Assembly (NCBI GenBank): GCA_027046565.1 | Contig: JALTXW010000025.1 | Coordinates: forward strand, 1 to 46,686 | Source: Candidatus Parcubacteria bacterium | GTDB lineage: Bacteria > Patescibacteriota > Minisyncoccia > Minisyncoccales > S141-161 | Direction: 5' to 3' | DNA length: 46,686 nt | Part shown: positions 15,679 through 24,734 of the stretch, piece after piece | Numbering within the stretch: position 1 is the stretch's first letter | Layout of the letters: every line of letters starts with the position of its first letter | The notes under the pieces: model-generated | Database searches by the model: none | Told to the model about the DNA's origin: nothing | Seen by the model: the letters and a program-made list of their open reading frames with translations, nothing else | Translations under genes and position numbers: made by a program

Positions 15679-16809
15679 ATGTCAGAAGTTTTAATTTTGA
15701 GTCTAAATATTTTTTCCGCAATAGGCTCTTTTGGGTTAAGTCTGTACTCTTTTTTAACTAAGGATAAAGCTATAAGAAAGTTTGCCGTCTTTTCTTTGGC
15801 TGTAGGAATTTGGATTTTAGCTAACTTTTTAGGAATTTATTTAAAGTCCCCATTTTTAGTTAAAACCACTTATCTTTTAGGAACAATTTTGGCGATTTTA
15901 GGTTTTGAGTTTGTAATGACTTTTTTAAATTTCAAGGTTTCTCCTTTTTGGAAAATATTATATTGGGGAGTAGGAAATATATTTATCTTTGCTTCTTTAT
16001 TTTCAAATCTATTAGTTAAAGAAATAAAAGAAATTTCAGCTTTTAAAGTTGAGATAGAGTTAGGTTATCTCTTTCTGCCTTGGGCTTTGTTTATATTAGC
16101 TTTAGTTCTTATCTCTTTCTTTAGTTTGCTTAGGTTTTACCTTACTACTTTAAACCAAAGGACAAAGTTAAAAGTCTTTTATTTGTTATTAGGAATGGGA
16201 ATCTCAGGGATATGGTCAGCTATAGTTAGTGCTTTTTTGCCTCTTTTAGGAATAGAAAGTTTAAATAATTTAGATGCTCCTTCTATGTTTTTGATGGTAA
16301 GTATAGTTTCGTATGCTCTCTTAGCTCACAACATTTTCGATCTTCAACAAGCTTTAGTCAAAGCCTTAACTTTTGGTTTTTGGATAGGGGTTTTAAGCTT
16401 TTTGGCCTTTTTGTTAATCTTAGCTGGAGCTTTATTTTTTGGAATATTAGGATTGAAAGGAATAGTCTTAGTTTCAATTTTTACTGGAAGTTTAGCTTTT
16501 TATATTGGATTTTCTTTTTACAAACAACACCAGAATTTGGTAAAAGCAAAAGAAGAAGCTGAAGAAGCAAAGCAAGTTTTAGAGATCAAAGTAAAAGCCA
16601 GAACTAGAGAATTGCAAGAGTTAAATCAACAGTTAGAAGCTAAAGTAGAAGAAAAGACTAAAGAACTGAAGGAGCACATTGAAGAATTAGAGAAGTTTCA
16701 CCAATTGGTTGTAGGTAGAGAGTTAAAGATGATAGAATTAAAAAAGAAGCTTGCTGAAACTCAAAAGGAGTTACAAAGACTTAAAGCAAAAATTAAAACC
16801 TTAAAATGA
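15679..16809 (+). CDS. 7-TM membrane sensor-like protein with a C-terminal coiled coil, no kinase domain
   Basis: 376 aa with about 7-8 hydrophobic helices. These are followed by a heptad-rich tail of about 85 aa (AKEEAEEAKQVLEIKVKARTRELQELNQQLE...VGRELKMIELKKKL). Confidence 0.65.
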   Translation: MSEVLILSLNIFSAIGSFGLSLYSFLTKDKAIRKFAVFSLAVGIWILANFLGIYLKSPFLVKTTYLLGTILAILGFEFVMTFLNFKVSPFWKILYWGVGNIFIFASLFSNLLVKEIKEISAFKVEIELGYLFLPWALFILALVLISFFSLLRFYLTTLNQRTKLKVFYLLLGMGISGIWSAIVSAFLPLLGIESLNNLDAPSMFLMVSIVSYALLAHNIFDLQQALVKALTFGFWIGVLSFLAFLLILAGALFFGILGLKGIVLVSIFTGSLAFYIGFSFYKQHQNLVKAKEEAEEAKQVLEIKVKARTRELQELNQQLEAKVEEKTKELKEHIEELEKFHQLVVGRELKMIELKKKLAETQKELQRLKAKIKTLK

Positions 16810-17402
16810 TTTCTCAGGAAGAGTTAGCTGAAATTAAAAAAATACCAGGCAAGATCTTAGGTAACCCTATCTTAAATAAGTTTAAGTTTGTAAGGGCTAA
16901 ATTTGGAAGAGAGGGGATAGAGAGAGTAGAGCAAAGGTTAAAAGAGCTTAATATTGATCTAAATATGAAAGATTTAAAAGACTTTGAGTGGCATCCTCAA
17001 TGGTTAGATGTTTTAGTTTTAAAGATAATCACTCAAGAGTTTAATCTTAAAGAAGAAGATTTAGAAGAAATGGGTAGTTTCTCTGCCAGAGTTTCTTTTA
17101 TTGCGCGCTTGATGATGAGATACTTTGTTTCTATTGAAAGAGTAGCTAAAGAAGCTAGCAGGTATTGGAGAAAATATAGAACCGAGGGAGAATTGAGGCC
17201 TATTAAAGTTTCAGAAAAGGATAGAGAAGTAATCTTAAAGTTAGAAGGATTTAAGGGGCATCCTCTTTATTGTCCTTATTTTAGAGGATACTTTAAACAA
17301 ATTTCTTCCTATGTGGTTCCTGATTCTAATCCAACAGTAAAAGAGGTAGATTGTCCTTTTACCACTGGATCTGAAGATCATCTTTTTAAAATTACATGGT
17401 AA
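16806..17402 (+). CDS. small soluble protein, possibly a V4R/H-NOX-like ligand-binding domain
   Basis: 198 aa. The C-terminus ...LEGFKGHPLYCPYFRGYFKQI...VKEVDCPFTTGSEDHLFKITW resembles the Cys-containing V4R pattern. It has 4-nt and 7-nt overlaps with the flanking genes. Confidence 0.4.
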   Translation: MISQEELAEIKKIPGKILGNPILNKFKFVRAKFGREGIERVEQRLKELNIDLNMKDLKDFEWHPQWLDVLVLKIITQEFNLKEEDLEEMGSFSARVSFIARLMMRYFVSIERVAKEASRYWRKYRTEGELRPIKVSEKDREVILKLEGFKGHPLYCPYFRGYFKQISSYVVPDSNPTVKEVDCPFTTGSEDHLFKITW

Positions 17403-18991
17403 CTAAAGCTGAAATTGAAAAAAAAGAAGAAAAGATAGTTATAGCGGAATTAATTGAAGATTTAGAAGATCTTAAAAGGTACCTCCAAGATATTTTAAAC
17501 TTTATTCCTTTACCTTTAGCTTACTTAAATCCTCGAGGGATTATTTTAGAAGCAAATGTTTCTTTTGGAAAGCTCTTTTCTACTTTTCCTGAAAACTTGA
17601 TTGGGAAAAGGATAGAAAAAGTCTTCAAAGGAGCTTTACCTCACAACTTTTCAGAAAAGGTTATAAATAGAAGATTTTTAGAAATTGAGATTTCTTTTTC
17701 TCCCAAAGGTAAAGAAAAGAAATTCTATAAGGTTTTAGCTAATACTAGAAGGACGCCAGAAGGAGAGATAATAGGTTACTATTTTTTATTAGTGGAAATT
17801 ACAGAACTAATAAGACTTCAGAGAGCTTTAAAAGAAGAAGTTGAATTAAAGACTAAAGAGCTTCAGTTGAAGCTAAAAGAGCTTTCGGATTCGAGAAAAG
17901 CTCTCTTGAACATCTTGGCAGATGTAGAAGAGGAGAGAAAGAAGGCCGAAGAAGAGAGAACCAAAGTAGAGATAATTATAGATAGTTTAGCAGATGGCTT
18001 GATATTCTTTTCTTTTTCTTCTATGAAAGTGGAGGTTTTTAACACTCAGGCAGAAAAGATATTTAAAATAAAGAGAGATGAAATCTTAGGCAAAGAAATT
18101 GAGAAGATAGAGAAAGATCCTATCTTAAAAGAGATCTTAAAGAAGCTTTCCGAAGGTATTGAGGTGGAAAAAGAGGAAATAAAGTTTGACGAAGATAAAA
18201 TCTTTGAACTAAGCATAATAAAAGTAGGAAGAGGAGAGAAGGTTATAGGGTTTTCTGCAATCTTACATGATGTGAGTAGAGAAAAATTTATCGAAAAATT
18301 AAAAAGCGAATTTGTTTCTATAGCAGCTCATCAGTTAAGAACTCCTCTGTCTGCTATTAAGTGGACCTTAAAAATGCTTTTGGACCAAGAGTTAGGGAAG
18401 TTAAACCGTGATCAGTTAGATCTTTTAGAGAAAAGCTATCAAGCTAACGAAAGAATGATTAGTTTAATTAACGATCTTCTCAATGTGGCTAGAATTGAAG
18501 AAGGTAGGTATGTTTATAATTTGAAAAAGGAGGATATTGTAGAGTTGATAAAAGAAATTGCTTTAGAGTTTGAAGATAAAGCTAAAATGAAAGACATTAA
18601 GTTTGGAGTGATCCTACCTGAAAAACCTTTACCTTTAGTCAGTGTAGATAGGGAAAAGATTAAATTAGCAATTTCAAATTTAGTGGATAATGCTATAAAA
18701 TATACTCTGCCTGGTGGAGTTGTGACTTTGTCAGTTTCAAGATATAATAAAAAAGAAGTTTTAATTATAGTTCAAGATACAGGGGTAGGCATTCCTAAAG
18801 ACCAGCAAGAAAGAGTCTTTACCAGGTTTTTTAGGGGAGCTAATGTTTTAAGAATGGAAACTTCCGGTACTGGTTTAGGTCTGTACATTACTAAAAATAT
18901 AATTGAAGCTCACGGAGGAAAAATCTGGTTTGAGTCTGAAGAAGGTAAAGGTTCAAAGTTTTTTGTAAAGCTTCCAATTTCAGGTCCCTAA
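17396..18991 (+). CDS. cytoplasmic PAS-domain sensor histidine kinase
   Basis: 531 aa with no TM helices. PAS-like N-terminus, coiled coil, H-box AAHQLRTPLSAI, N box DNAIKYT, G boxes DTGVGI and GTGLGLYITK. Confidence 0.9.
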   Translation: MVTKAEIEKKEEKIVIAELIEDLEDLKRYLQDILNFIPLPLAYLNPRGIILEANVSFGKLFSTFPENLIGKRIEKVFKGALPHNFSEKVINRRFLEIEISFSPKGKEKKFYKVLANTRRTPEGEIIGYYFLLVEITELIRLQRALKEEVELKTKELQLKLKELSDSRKALLNILADVEEERKKAEEERTKVEIIIDSLADGLIFFSFSSMKVEVFNTQAEKIFKIKRDEILGKEIEKIEKDPILKEILKKLSEGIEVEKEEIKFDEDKIFELSIIKVGRGEKVIGFSAILHDVSREKFIEKLKSEFVSIAAHQLRTPLSAIKWTLKMLLDQELGKLNRDQLDLLEKSYQANERMISLINDLLNVARIEEGRYVYNLKKEDIVELIKEIALEFEDKAKMKDIKFGVILPEKPLPLVSVDREKIKLAISNLVDNAIKYTLPGGVVTLSVSRYNKKEVLIIVQDTGVGIPKDQQERVFTRFFRGANVLRMETSGTGLGLYITKNIIEAHGGKIWFESEEGKGSKFFVKLPISGP

Positions 18992-19006
18992 AATAACTTT
19001 AATTTT

Positions 19007-19375
19007 ATGTCAAAGACCATCTTAATCGCAGAAGATGAAGAGATAATGGCAAGCTTGTTAGAAAAAAAGCTTACTCAAGTTGGTTATAGAGTAGTAATAG
19101 CTCCAGATGGAGATGAAGCTTTAAACAAAATTAAAGAGCTCATTCCAGATTTGATTTTATTAGATGTAATGATGCCAAGACTTTCAGGATTTGAGGTTTT
19201 GGAGATAATTAAGAATGACCCTCAGTTAAAAGATATTCCGGTGATCATTATCTCTAACTCAGGACAGCCGGTAGAAATAGATAAAGCTGTAGCTTTGGGA
19301 GCTATAGATTGGGTAGTCAAAACAGATTTTGATCCTAATGAAGTGGTGGCAAAGGTAAACAAAGTTTTAAAGTAA
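19007..19375 (+). CDS. single-domain (CheY-like) response regulator
   Basis: 122 aa. Acidic pocket AEDEE, phospho-acceptor LLDVMMP, and a conserved T/S and K (VVKTDF region). Confidence 0.9.
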   Translation: MSKTILIAEDEEIMASLLEKKLTQVGYRVVIAPDGDEALNKIKELIPDLILLDVMMPRLSGFEVLEIIKNDPQLKDIPVIIISNSGQPVEIDKAVALGAIDWVVKTDFDPNEVVAKVNKVLK

Positions 19376-19386
19376 TAATAAAAACT

Positions 19387-19755
19387 ATGAAAAAGCTTTT
19401 AGTGGTAGAAGATGATAAGTTCTTAAGAGACTTGATTACCAGAAAGCTAAGAGACGTAGGTTATGATGTAGTAGAAGCCATAGATGGGGAGGAAGGTTTA
19501 GTAAAGGCTCAAGAAGAAAATCCAGACTTAATCTTGTTAGACTTAATCTTGCCCGGAATGGATGGTTTTGAAGTGTTAAGCAAGTTAAAAGAAGATCCTA
19601 AAACTTCTCAAATTAAGGTTATAATTCTGTCAAACTTAGGTCAAAGAGAAGATATTGAAAGAGGATTAAGATTAGGAGCTGAGGACTTTTTAGTTAAAGC
19701 TCACTTCACTCCTGCAGAAATAATAGAAAAGATTAGAAATTTAGTGGGAGAGTAA
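19387..19755 (+). CDS. single-domain (CheY-like) response regulator, tandem paralogue
   Basis: 122 aa. VEDDKF, LLDLILPGMDG, LSNL, FLVKAHF. Confidence 0.9.
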   Translation: MKKLLVVEDDKFLRDLITRKLRDVGYDVVEAIDGEEGLVKAQEENPDLILLDLILPGMDGFEVLSKLKEDPKTSQIKVIILSNLGQREDIERGLRLGAEDFLVKAHFTPAEIIEKIRNLVGE

Positions 19756-19759
19756 TTCT

Positions 19760-20671
19760 ATGTGGGTTTTGCTTTATGGCGAAGATACTTTTAGGCTTTT
19801 TAAGTATCTGAAAAAAATTATCAAAGAGCAAAATATTGAAAAAGTTTGGAAGATAGAAGAAGGTTTTTCAGAATTAAAAGAAAAACTTTCTTTAAGCTCT
19901 AACCTTGATTTGTTGGGTTCTTCCTTTGCCTTTGTGGCTATAGATATTTTTTCTAAAGCAAAGTTTAATGCAAACTGTTTAAAATTTTTTCTGAACCTCC
20001 CTAAGAGAGGAAATCTTTTTTTAGTAGAAAGAAGAGAGATACCTTTAAAGTTTTTAGAAAAAATAAATTTTAAATTTGAGATTGTTAAGCATTTTTCTCT
20101 CCAAGATTTAAAAGAGGTCAAATTAGCAATAAAAGAGCTTTTAGAAGAAAAAGAGTTTGAAAAAGACGAGGAGTTGATTGAACTTTTAGCTCAAATTTTT
20201 AAAAGAGATCTTTGGAAACTATTTAATGAGTTAGAAAAACTTAGCCTAAAAGGTTTTTATGCTTTAAACCAAGTTAAAGCTTACTTTTCAAGCTTTGATC
20301 CTGAAGTGAGCATCTTTGAATGGTTATATCTCCTTTTTTCAGAAAGAAAAAAGGAAGCTTTGTCTCTCTTAAGAAAGAGCTTTTTAGCTCAGAATAAAGA
20401 AGCTCTTGTTTTTCATATGTTAAAAAAAGAAGTGATGGTTTTATTAAAGGCTAAGCTTTTATTAGCTAAAAAGCTTTCCTTAAAAGAGATCGCAAAAGAG
20501 CTTTCTTTGCCAGAGTTTATCTTGAAAACTAAAGTTTTGCCTTTAGCTCAAAATACCCCAGAAACTAAGCTAAAAGAGATTTATCTTAAACTTTTGGAGA
20601 TAGATAAAGAAGTGAAACTTTCTTTAAGAAATTTAAGTTCAGCCCTGGAGTTTTTGGTAATTCATATTTAA
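19760..20671 (+). CDS. holA: DNA polymerase III delta subunit-like protein
   Basis: 303 aa. The start VLLYGEDTFRL is typical of small HolA proteins, and the C-terminal half is helical. Weak family, so moderate confidence. Confidence 0.55.
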   Translation: MWVLLYGEDTFRLFKYLKKIIKEQNIEKVWKIEEGFSELKEKLSLSSNLDLLGSSFAFVAIDIFSKAKFNANCLKFFLNLPKRGNLFLVERREIPLKFLEKINFKFEIVKHFSLQDLKEVKLAIKELLEEKEFEKDEELIELLAQIFKRDLWKLFNELEKLSLKGFYALNQVKAYFSSFDPEVSIFEWLYLLFSERKKEALSLLRKSFLAQNKEALVFHMLKKEVMVLLKAKLLLAKKLSLKEIAKELSLPEFILKTKVLPLAQNTPETKLKEIYLKLLEIDKEVKLSLRNLSSALEFLVIHI

Positions 20672-20917
20672 AAGCTTAGTCAATTTGGATTTTCTTCTGG
20701 CAGCTTCGTTTTTATGGATTACTCCGACTTTAGCAGCTTTGTCTACTGCTTTGTAAAATAAAGAAAGTTTGGATTTAGCTTCTTCAATCTTATTTTCTCC
20801 AATGAGCTTTTTTATTTCTTTAGCCAAAGATCTAAACTTAGATAAGTAAGCTTTATTTCTTTCTCTTCTTTTAAGCTCTTTTCTTAAAGCTTTTTTAGCA
20901 GATTTGGTGATGGGCAT
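20639..20917 (-). CDS. rpsT: 30S ribosomal protein S20
   Basis: 92 aa. MPITKSAKKALRKELKRRERNKAYLSKFRS is typical of S20. Its 3' end overlaps the convergent holA-like ORF by 33 nt. Confidence 0.85.
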   Translation of the reverse strand: MPITKSAKKALRKELKRRERNKAYLSKFRSLAKEIKKLIGENKIEEAKSKLSLFYKAVDKAAKVGVIHKNEAARRKSKLTKLLNMNYQKLQG

Positions 20918-20932
20918 AGTTTGAGCTTTATT

Positions 20933-22891
20933 TTATTTAACCTTAGGGGTTTTTTCAAGTTTTTTGATCAATTCTCTAATTACTATGGCTCTTTCAAAAT
21001 CAAGATTTTCTACAGCTACTTTTAGCTCCTCTTTTAGGAGATTTACATCTTTTATCTTTTCTAATTCAGTTTTCACTGCTTTTTGATGGATTCTCATAAA
21101 TTCCCATTCTCTTATTGGTTTTTTAATTGGAGCAGGGGTGATTTTGTGTTTTAAGTTATATTCTAACTGAATCTTTCTTCTTCTTTCTATTTCTTTTATT
21201 GCTTTTTGCATCGATTTGGTAACTTTATCTGCGTACAAGATAGCCTTTCCTTCTATATGTCTAGCTGCTCTTCCTATGATTTGGATTAAGGTAGTTTCCG
21301 ATCTCAAAAAACCTTCTTTGTCAGCATCTAATATTGCAACTAAAGAAACTTCAGGTAGATCTAAACCTTCTCTTAAAAGATTAATTCCTACTATTGCTTC
21401 AAACTCTCCTCTTCTTAGCTTGTTTAATATTTCAGGCCTTTCTAAAGTTTTAATGTCTGAATGCAAATAGTGAGCTTTGATACCTTTTTCTAATAGGTGT
21501 TCAGCAATAGCTTCAGCTAACCTTTTAGTTAAAGTTAAGATTAAAACCCTCTCTCTCTTTTTGATTCTTTTTTCTGTTTCTTTAATTACATCTTTTAATT
21601 GGTTTTTAGTAGGTCTTATTTCAACTTTAGGTTCAAGCAAGCCTGTGGGTCTTATTAATTGCTCTACAACATTTTCTTTTTTAGTTTGAAAAAGCTCAAT
21701 TTTTCCTGGAGTAGCTGAGACATAAACTAAAACTTGGGTCTTTTGTTCAAACTCTTCATAAGTTAAAGGTCTATTATCTATGCAAGAGGGTAATCTAAAT
21801 CCATACTCTATCAAAGTTTCTTTTCTTCTTCGATCTTGGATTGCCATAGCTTTGAGCTGGGGACAAGTTAAGTGGGATTCATCAATAAAGGTTAAAAACT
21901 TACCTTTTTGAGCAAAGTAATCTATTAAAGTGAAAGGAGGAGATCCTGGTTCTCTAAATTCTAAATGTCTGGAATAGTTTTCTATTCCATGGCAATATCC
22001 TGTCTCAGCTAACATCTCTAAGTCATACTTAGTTCTCTTTTCTAATCTTTCAGCTTCTAAAAGTTTTCCTTGAGATTTTAGTTCTTTTAACCTTTCTTGA
22101 AGCTCTAACTCTATATTATAAATTGCGGTTTTAAGTTTTTGTTCTTCGGTAACCCAAAATTGGGCAGGATAAATTCTAATTTCTTCTAACTCTTGAGATA
22201 AGCTTAAATTTAAAGGATCTTTAAACTTTAAGATTCTGTCTATTTCTTCTCCCCAAAATTCTAACCTTATCATTGCTTCTCCAGTAACTAACATAATATC
22301 TATCACTTCGCCTTTAACTCTAAAGTTTCCTGGAGTTAAATCTGTCTCGTTTCTTTGGTATTGAAGCGAAGCTAAAGCTTCCAAGATCTTCTTTCTGGAA
22401 ATCTTTTCTCCTTTTTTAAGTTGCAAAGATACCCTTTGATAAGAATCTGGAGACCCTAAGTTATAAATGCAAGAGACCGAAGCTACAATAATTACATCAT
22501 CTCTGCTTAAAAGAGCTTGGACCGCTGAATGCCTTAGTTGGTCAATAATTTTGTTAATCTTGGCATCTTTTTCAATATAAGTGTCAGTTTGAGGGATGTA
22601 AGCTTCAGGTTGATAGTAATCATAATAAGACACAAAATAATGGACGCTGTTTTTAGGGAAAAACTCTTTAAATTCTTGGTAAAGTTGAGCAGCTAAAGTT
22701 TTGTTAGGAGAGATAACTAAAGTTGGCAAGTTTACCTTTTCTATTATCTTTGCAATAGTAAAAGTCTTTCCTGACCCTGTCACTCCTAAAAGAATATTGT
22801 GCTTTACTCCTTTTTTTATATTGTTAGAGAGCTTTTCTATAGCTCGAGGTTGATCTCCACTTGGTTTGAATTTTGAGATTACTTTAAACAT
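20933..22891 (-). CDS. uvrB: excinuclease ABC subunit B
   Basis: 652 aa. GDQPRAI, Walker A GVTGSGKT, helicase motifs, and a C-terminal UVR domain (LDFERAIVIRELI). Confidence 0.95.
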   Translation of the reverse strand: MFKVISKFKPSGDQPRAIEKLSNNIKKGVKHNILLGVTGSGKTFTIAKIIEKVNLPTLVISPNKTLAAQLYQEFKEFFPKNSVHYFVSYYDYYQPEAYIPQTDTYIEKDAKINKIIDQLRHSAVQALLSRDDVIIVASVSCIYNLGSPDSYQRVSLQLKKGEKISRKKILEALASLQYQRNETDLTPGNFRVKGEVIDIMLVTGEAMIRLEFWGEEIDRILKFKDPLNLSLSQELEEIRIYPAQFWVTEEQKLKTAIYNIELELQERLKELKSQGKLLEAERLEKRTKYDLEMLAETGYCHGIENYSRHLEFREPGSPPFTLIDYFAQKGKFLTFIDESHLTCPQLKAMAIQDRRRKETLIEYGFRLPSCIDNRPLTYEEFEQKTQVLVYVSATPGKIELFQTKKENVVEQLIRPTGLLEPKVEIRPTKNQLKDVIKETEKRIKKRERVLILTLTKRLAEAIAEHLLEKGIKAHYLHSDIKTLERPEILNKLRRGEFEAIVGINLLREGLDLPEVSLVAILDADKEGFLRSETTLIQIIGRAARHIEGKAILYADKVTKSMQKAIKEIERRRKIQLEYNLKHKITPAPIKKPIREWEFMRIHQKAVKTELEKIKDVNLLKEELKVAVENLDFERAIVIRELIKKLEKTPKVK

Positions 22892-22914
22892 ATTCTAAAA
22901 TTAGCAAAGAGTTT

Positions 22915-23466
22915 ATGTTAGCCTACTTAGAAGGAGAAGTTTTAAAAAAAGATAAAGATTTTTTAATTCTTAAAGTTGACAAAGTAGGATATAAAGTCTT
23001 AATCGAGCCTACCTTCCATTTTAAACTTAAAGAAGGAGAGAAAGTCAAGCTTTATTGTTATCTTTACTCTAAGGAAGGTCTTTTTGAGCTTTACGGATTT
23101 CCTAATTTTGAAGAACTTTCCCTTTTTGAAAAACTGCTTCAGCTTCAAGGGATAGGCCCTAAGGTGGCTTTGAGGCTTTCAGTTTTTAAGGACTTGGAAA
23201 GTTTAATTCAAGCTTTGAAAGCTGGAGAGGTTAAGATTCAAGGATTGGGGAAAAAGAAATTAGAAAGATTAAAGCTTGAGCTTTTAGGGATTTTAGATCA
23301 AGAAAAGAAAGAAAGAGAGAAGATAAACCAAGACTTAAAAGAAGCTTTGAAAGAAATGGGGTTTGATAAAAGGACAATTAAAGAGGTACTTTCTAAGATA
23401 GATCCGAATTTAAAGTTAGCTGAGAAGATTAAGTTAGCTTTAAATCTTTTATCTAACAAAGAATGA
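22915..23466 (+). CDS. ruvA: Holliday junction DNA helicase RuvA
   Basis: 183 aa. MLAYLEGEV...VGYKV OB-fold start and an HhH region LLQLQGIGPKVAL. Confidence 0.85.
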   Translation: MLAYLEGEVLKKDKDFLILKVDKVGYKVLIEPTFHFKLKEGEKVKLYCYLYSKEGLFELYGFPNFEELSLFEKLLQLQGIGPKVALRLSVFKDLESLIQALKAGEVKIQGLGKKKLERLKLELLGILDQEKKEREKINQDLKEALKEMGFDKRTIKEVLSKIDPNLKLAEKIKLALNLLSNKE

Positions 23467-24734
23467 GTTTTAAAGATCTTTTTCCTCAAAAAGTTAAAGA
23501 TTGGTTTCATTTTTTAGAATCAACCTTTTTTGCTTTGCTTTTTGGTTTTCCAGGGAGGAAGATAAAAGTGATAGCTATAACTGGAACTAATGGCAAAACT
23601 ACTGTAGTTCATCTAGCTTCTTTTTGTTTAGAAAAAGCTCAGAATAAGGTAGCTTCTATTTCTTCTTTAAGATTCAAACTTGGAGCTAAAGAGTGGAAAA
23701 ACAAGCTTAAAATGACGATGCCAGGAAGATGGATTTTGCAGAGCTTTTTAAATACGGCAGTTAAAGAAAAATGTAATTTTGCAGTTTTAGAGGTAACTTC
23801 CGAAGGGATTAAACAGTACAGAGATTTATTTTTATTTCCAAAAGTAGCTATAATTACTAACTTAACACCAGAGCACATAGAGTCTCACGGATCCTTTTTA
23901 GCTTACAAAAAAGCTAAGTTTAAGCTTTTTAAAAAGACCAAAGAGGTTCATATTGTTAACTTAGATGATTCAAAATTAATCGACCTTTTGAAACTACCAT
24001 CCAAAGTTAAAGTTGGATATAGCTTAGACTCTAAGCATCCTTTAAAAGATAAAGTAGATCTCTTTGTTGCTCCAGAAAAGGTTTTAGATACTAACGAGAA
24101 GATTTCCTTTTTTTATCAAGGTTTAAAGTTTGAAAGTTTTCTTTATGGAACTTTTAACCTTTACAATATTTTAGCAGTTTTAAGCTTAATTGAAGTTTTA
24201 AAGATTCCTTTAGAAATTTTTCAAAAAGCTTTGAGAGAGTTTAGAGGAGTTGAGGGTAGGATGGAAGAGGTAGTCTCTTCGCCTTTTAAAGTAATAGTAG
24301 ATTATGCTCACACTCCAGATGCATTGGAAAAAGTTTACAAAGCCTTAAAAGAAAGGTATCCTGACAAAGATTTAATTTGTGTGTTTGGTTCAGCTGGAGG
24401 AGGAAGAGACAAGTGGAAAAGGGAAGAGTTAGCTAAGATAGCTTCAAGATATTGCTCTTTTTGCATTCTTACTAACGAAGATCCTTACGACGAAGATCCT
24501 GAAAAGATTTTAAAAGATATAGAAAAAGGATTTTTGGCGACAAACTTTAAAAGTTATGTTAAAATATTAGACAGAAAGTTAGCGATAAAAACAGCTTTCC
24601 AAAGAGCCTCTTCCAAAAGCTTAATTATTATCACTGGAAAAGGAGCTGAGCCTTTGATGTGTTTAGCTAAAGGTCAAAAAATACCTTGGGATGACAGAAA
24701 AATAGTAAGGCAAATTTATGATAAACTTTTTTAA
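23463..24734 (+). CDS. murE: Mur ligase family protein, MurE-like, with a very short N-terminal region
   Basis: 423 aa. ITGTNGKTT P-loop at about residue 40, DYAHTPDALEKV, and TNEDPYDEDP in the position of the MurE DNPR-type motif. Confidence 0.7.
   Translation: MSFKDLFPQKVKDWFHFLESTFFALLFGFPGRKIKVIAITGTNGKTTVVHLASFCLEKAQNKVASISSLRFKLGAKEWKNKLKMTMPGRWILQSFLNTAVKEKCNFAVLEVTSEGIKQYRDLFLFPKVAIITNLTPEHIESHGSFLAYKKAKFKLFKKTKEVHIVNLDDSKLIDLLKLPSKVKVGYSLDSKHPLKDKVDLFVAPEKVLDTNEKISFFYQGLKFESFLYGTFNLYNILAVLSLIEVLKIPLEIFQKALREFRGVEGRMEEVVSSPFKVIVDYAHTPDALEKVYKALKERYPDKDLICVFGSAGGGRDKWKREELAKIASRYCSFCILTNEDPYDEDPEKILKDIEKGFLATNFKSYVKILDRKLAIKTAFQRASSKSLIIITGKGAEPLMCLAKGQKIPWDDRKIVRQIYDKLF

Noticed and set aside
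20639-20671. 33-nt convergent overlap between the holA-like ORF and rpsT as a regulatory antisense arrangement.
   Set aside because: It is more simply explained by uncertainty in the weakly conserved C-terminal ends of the two ORFs. There is no structure or motif in the overlap.
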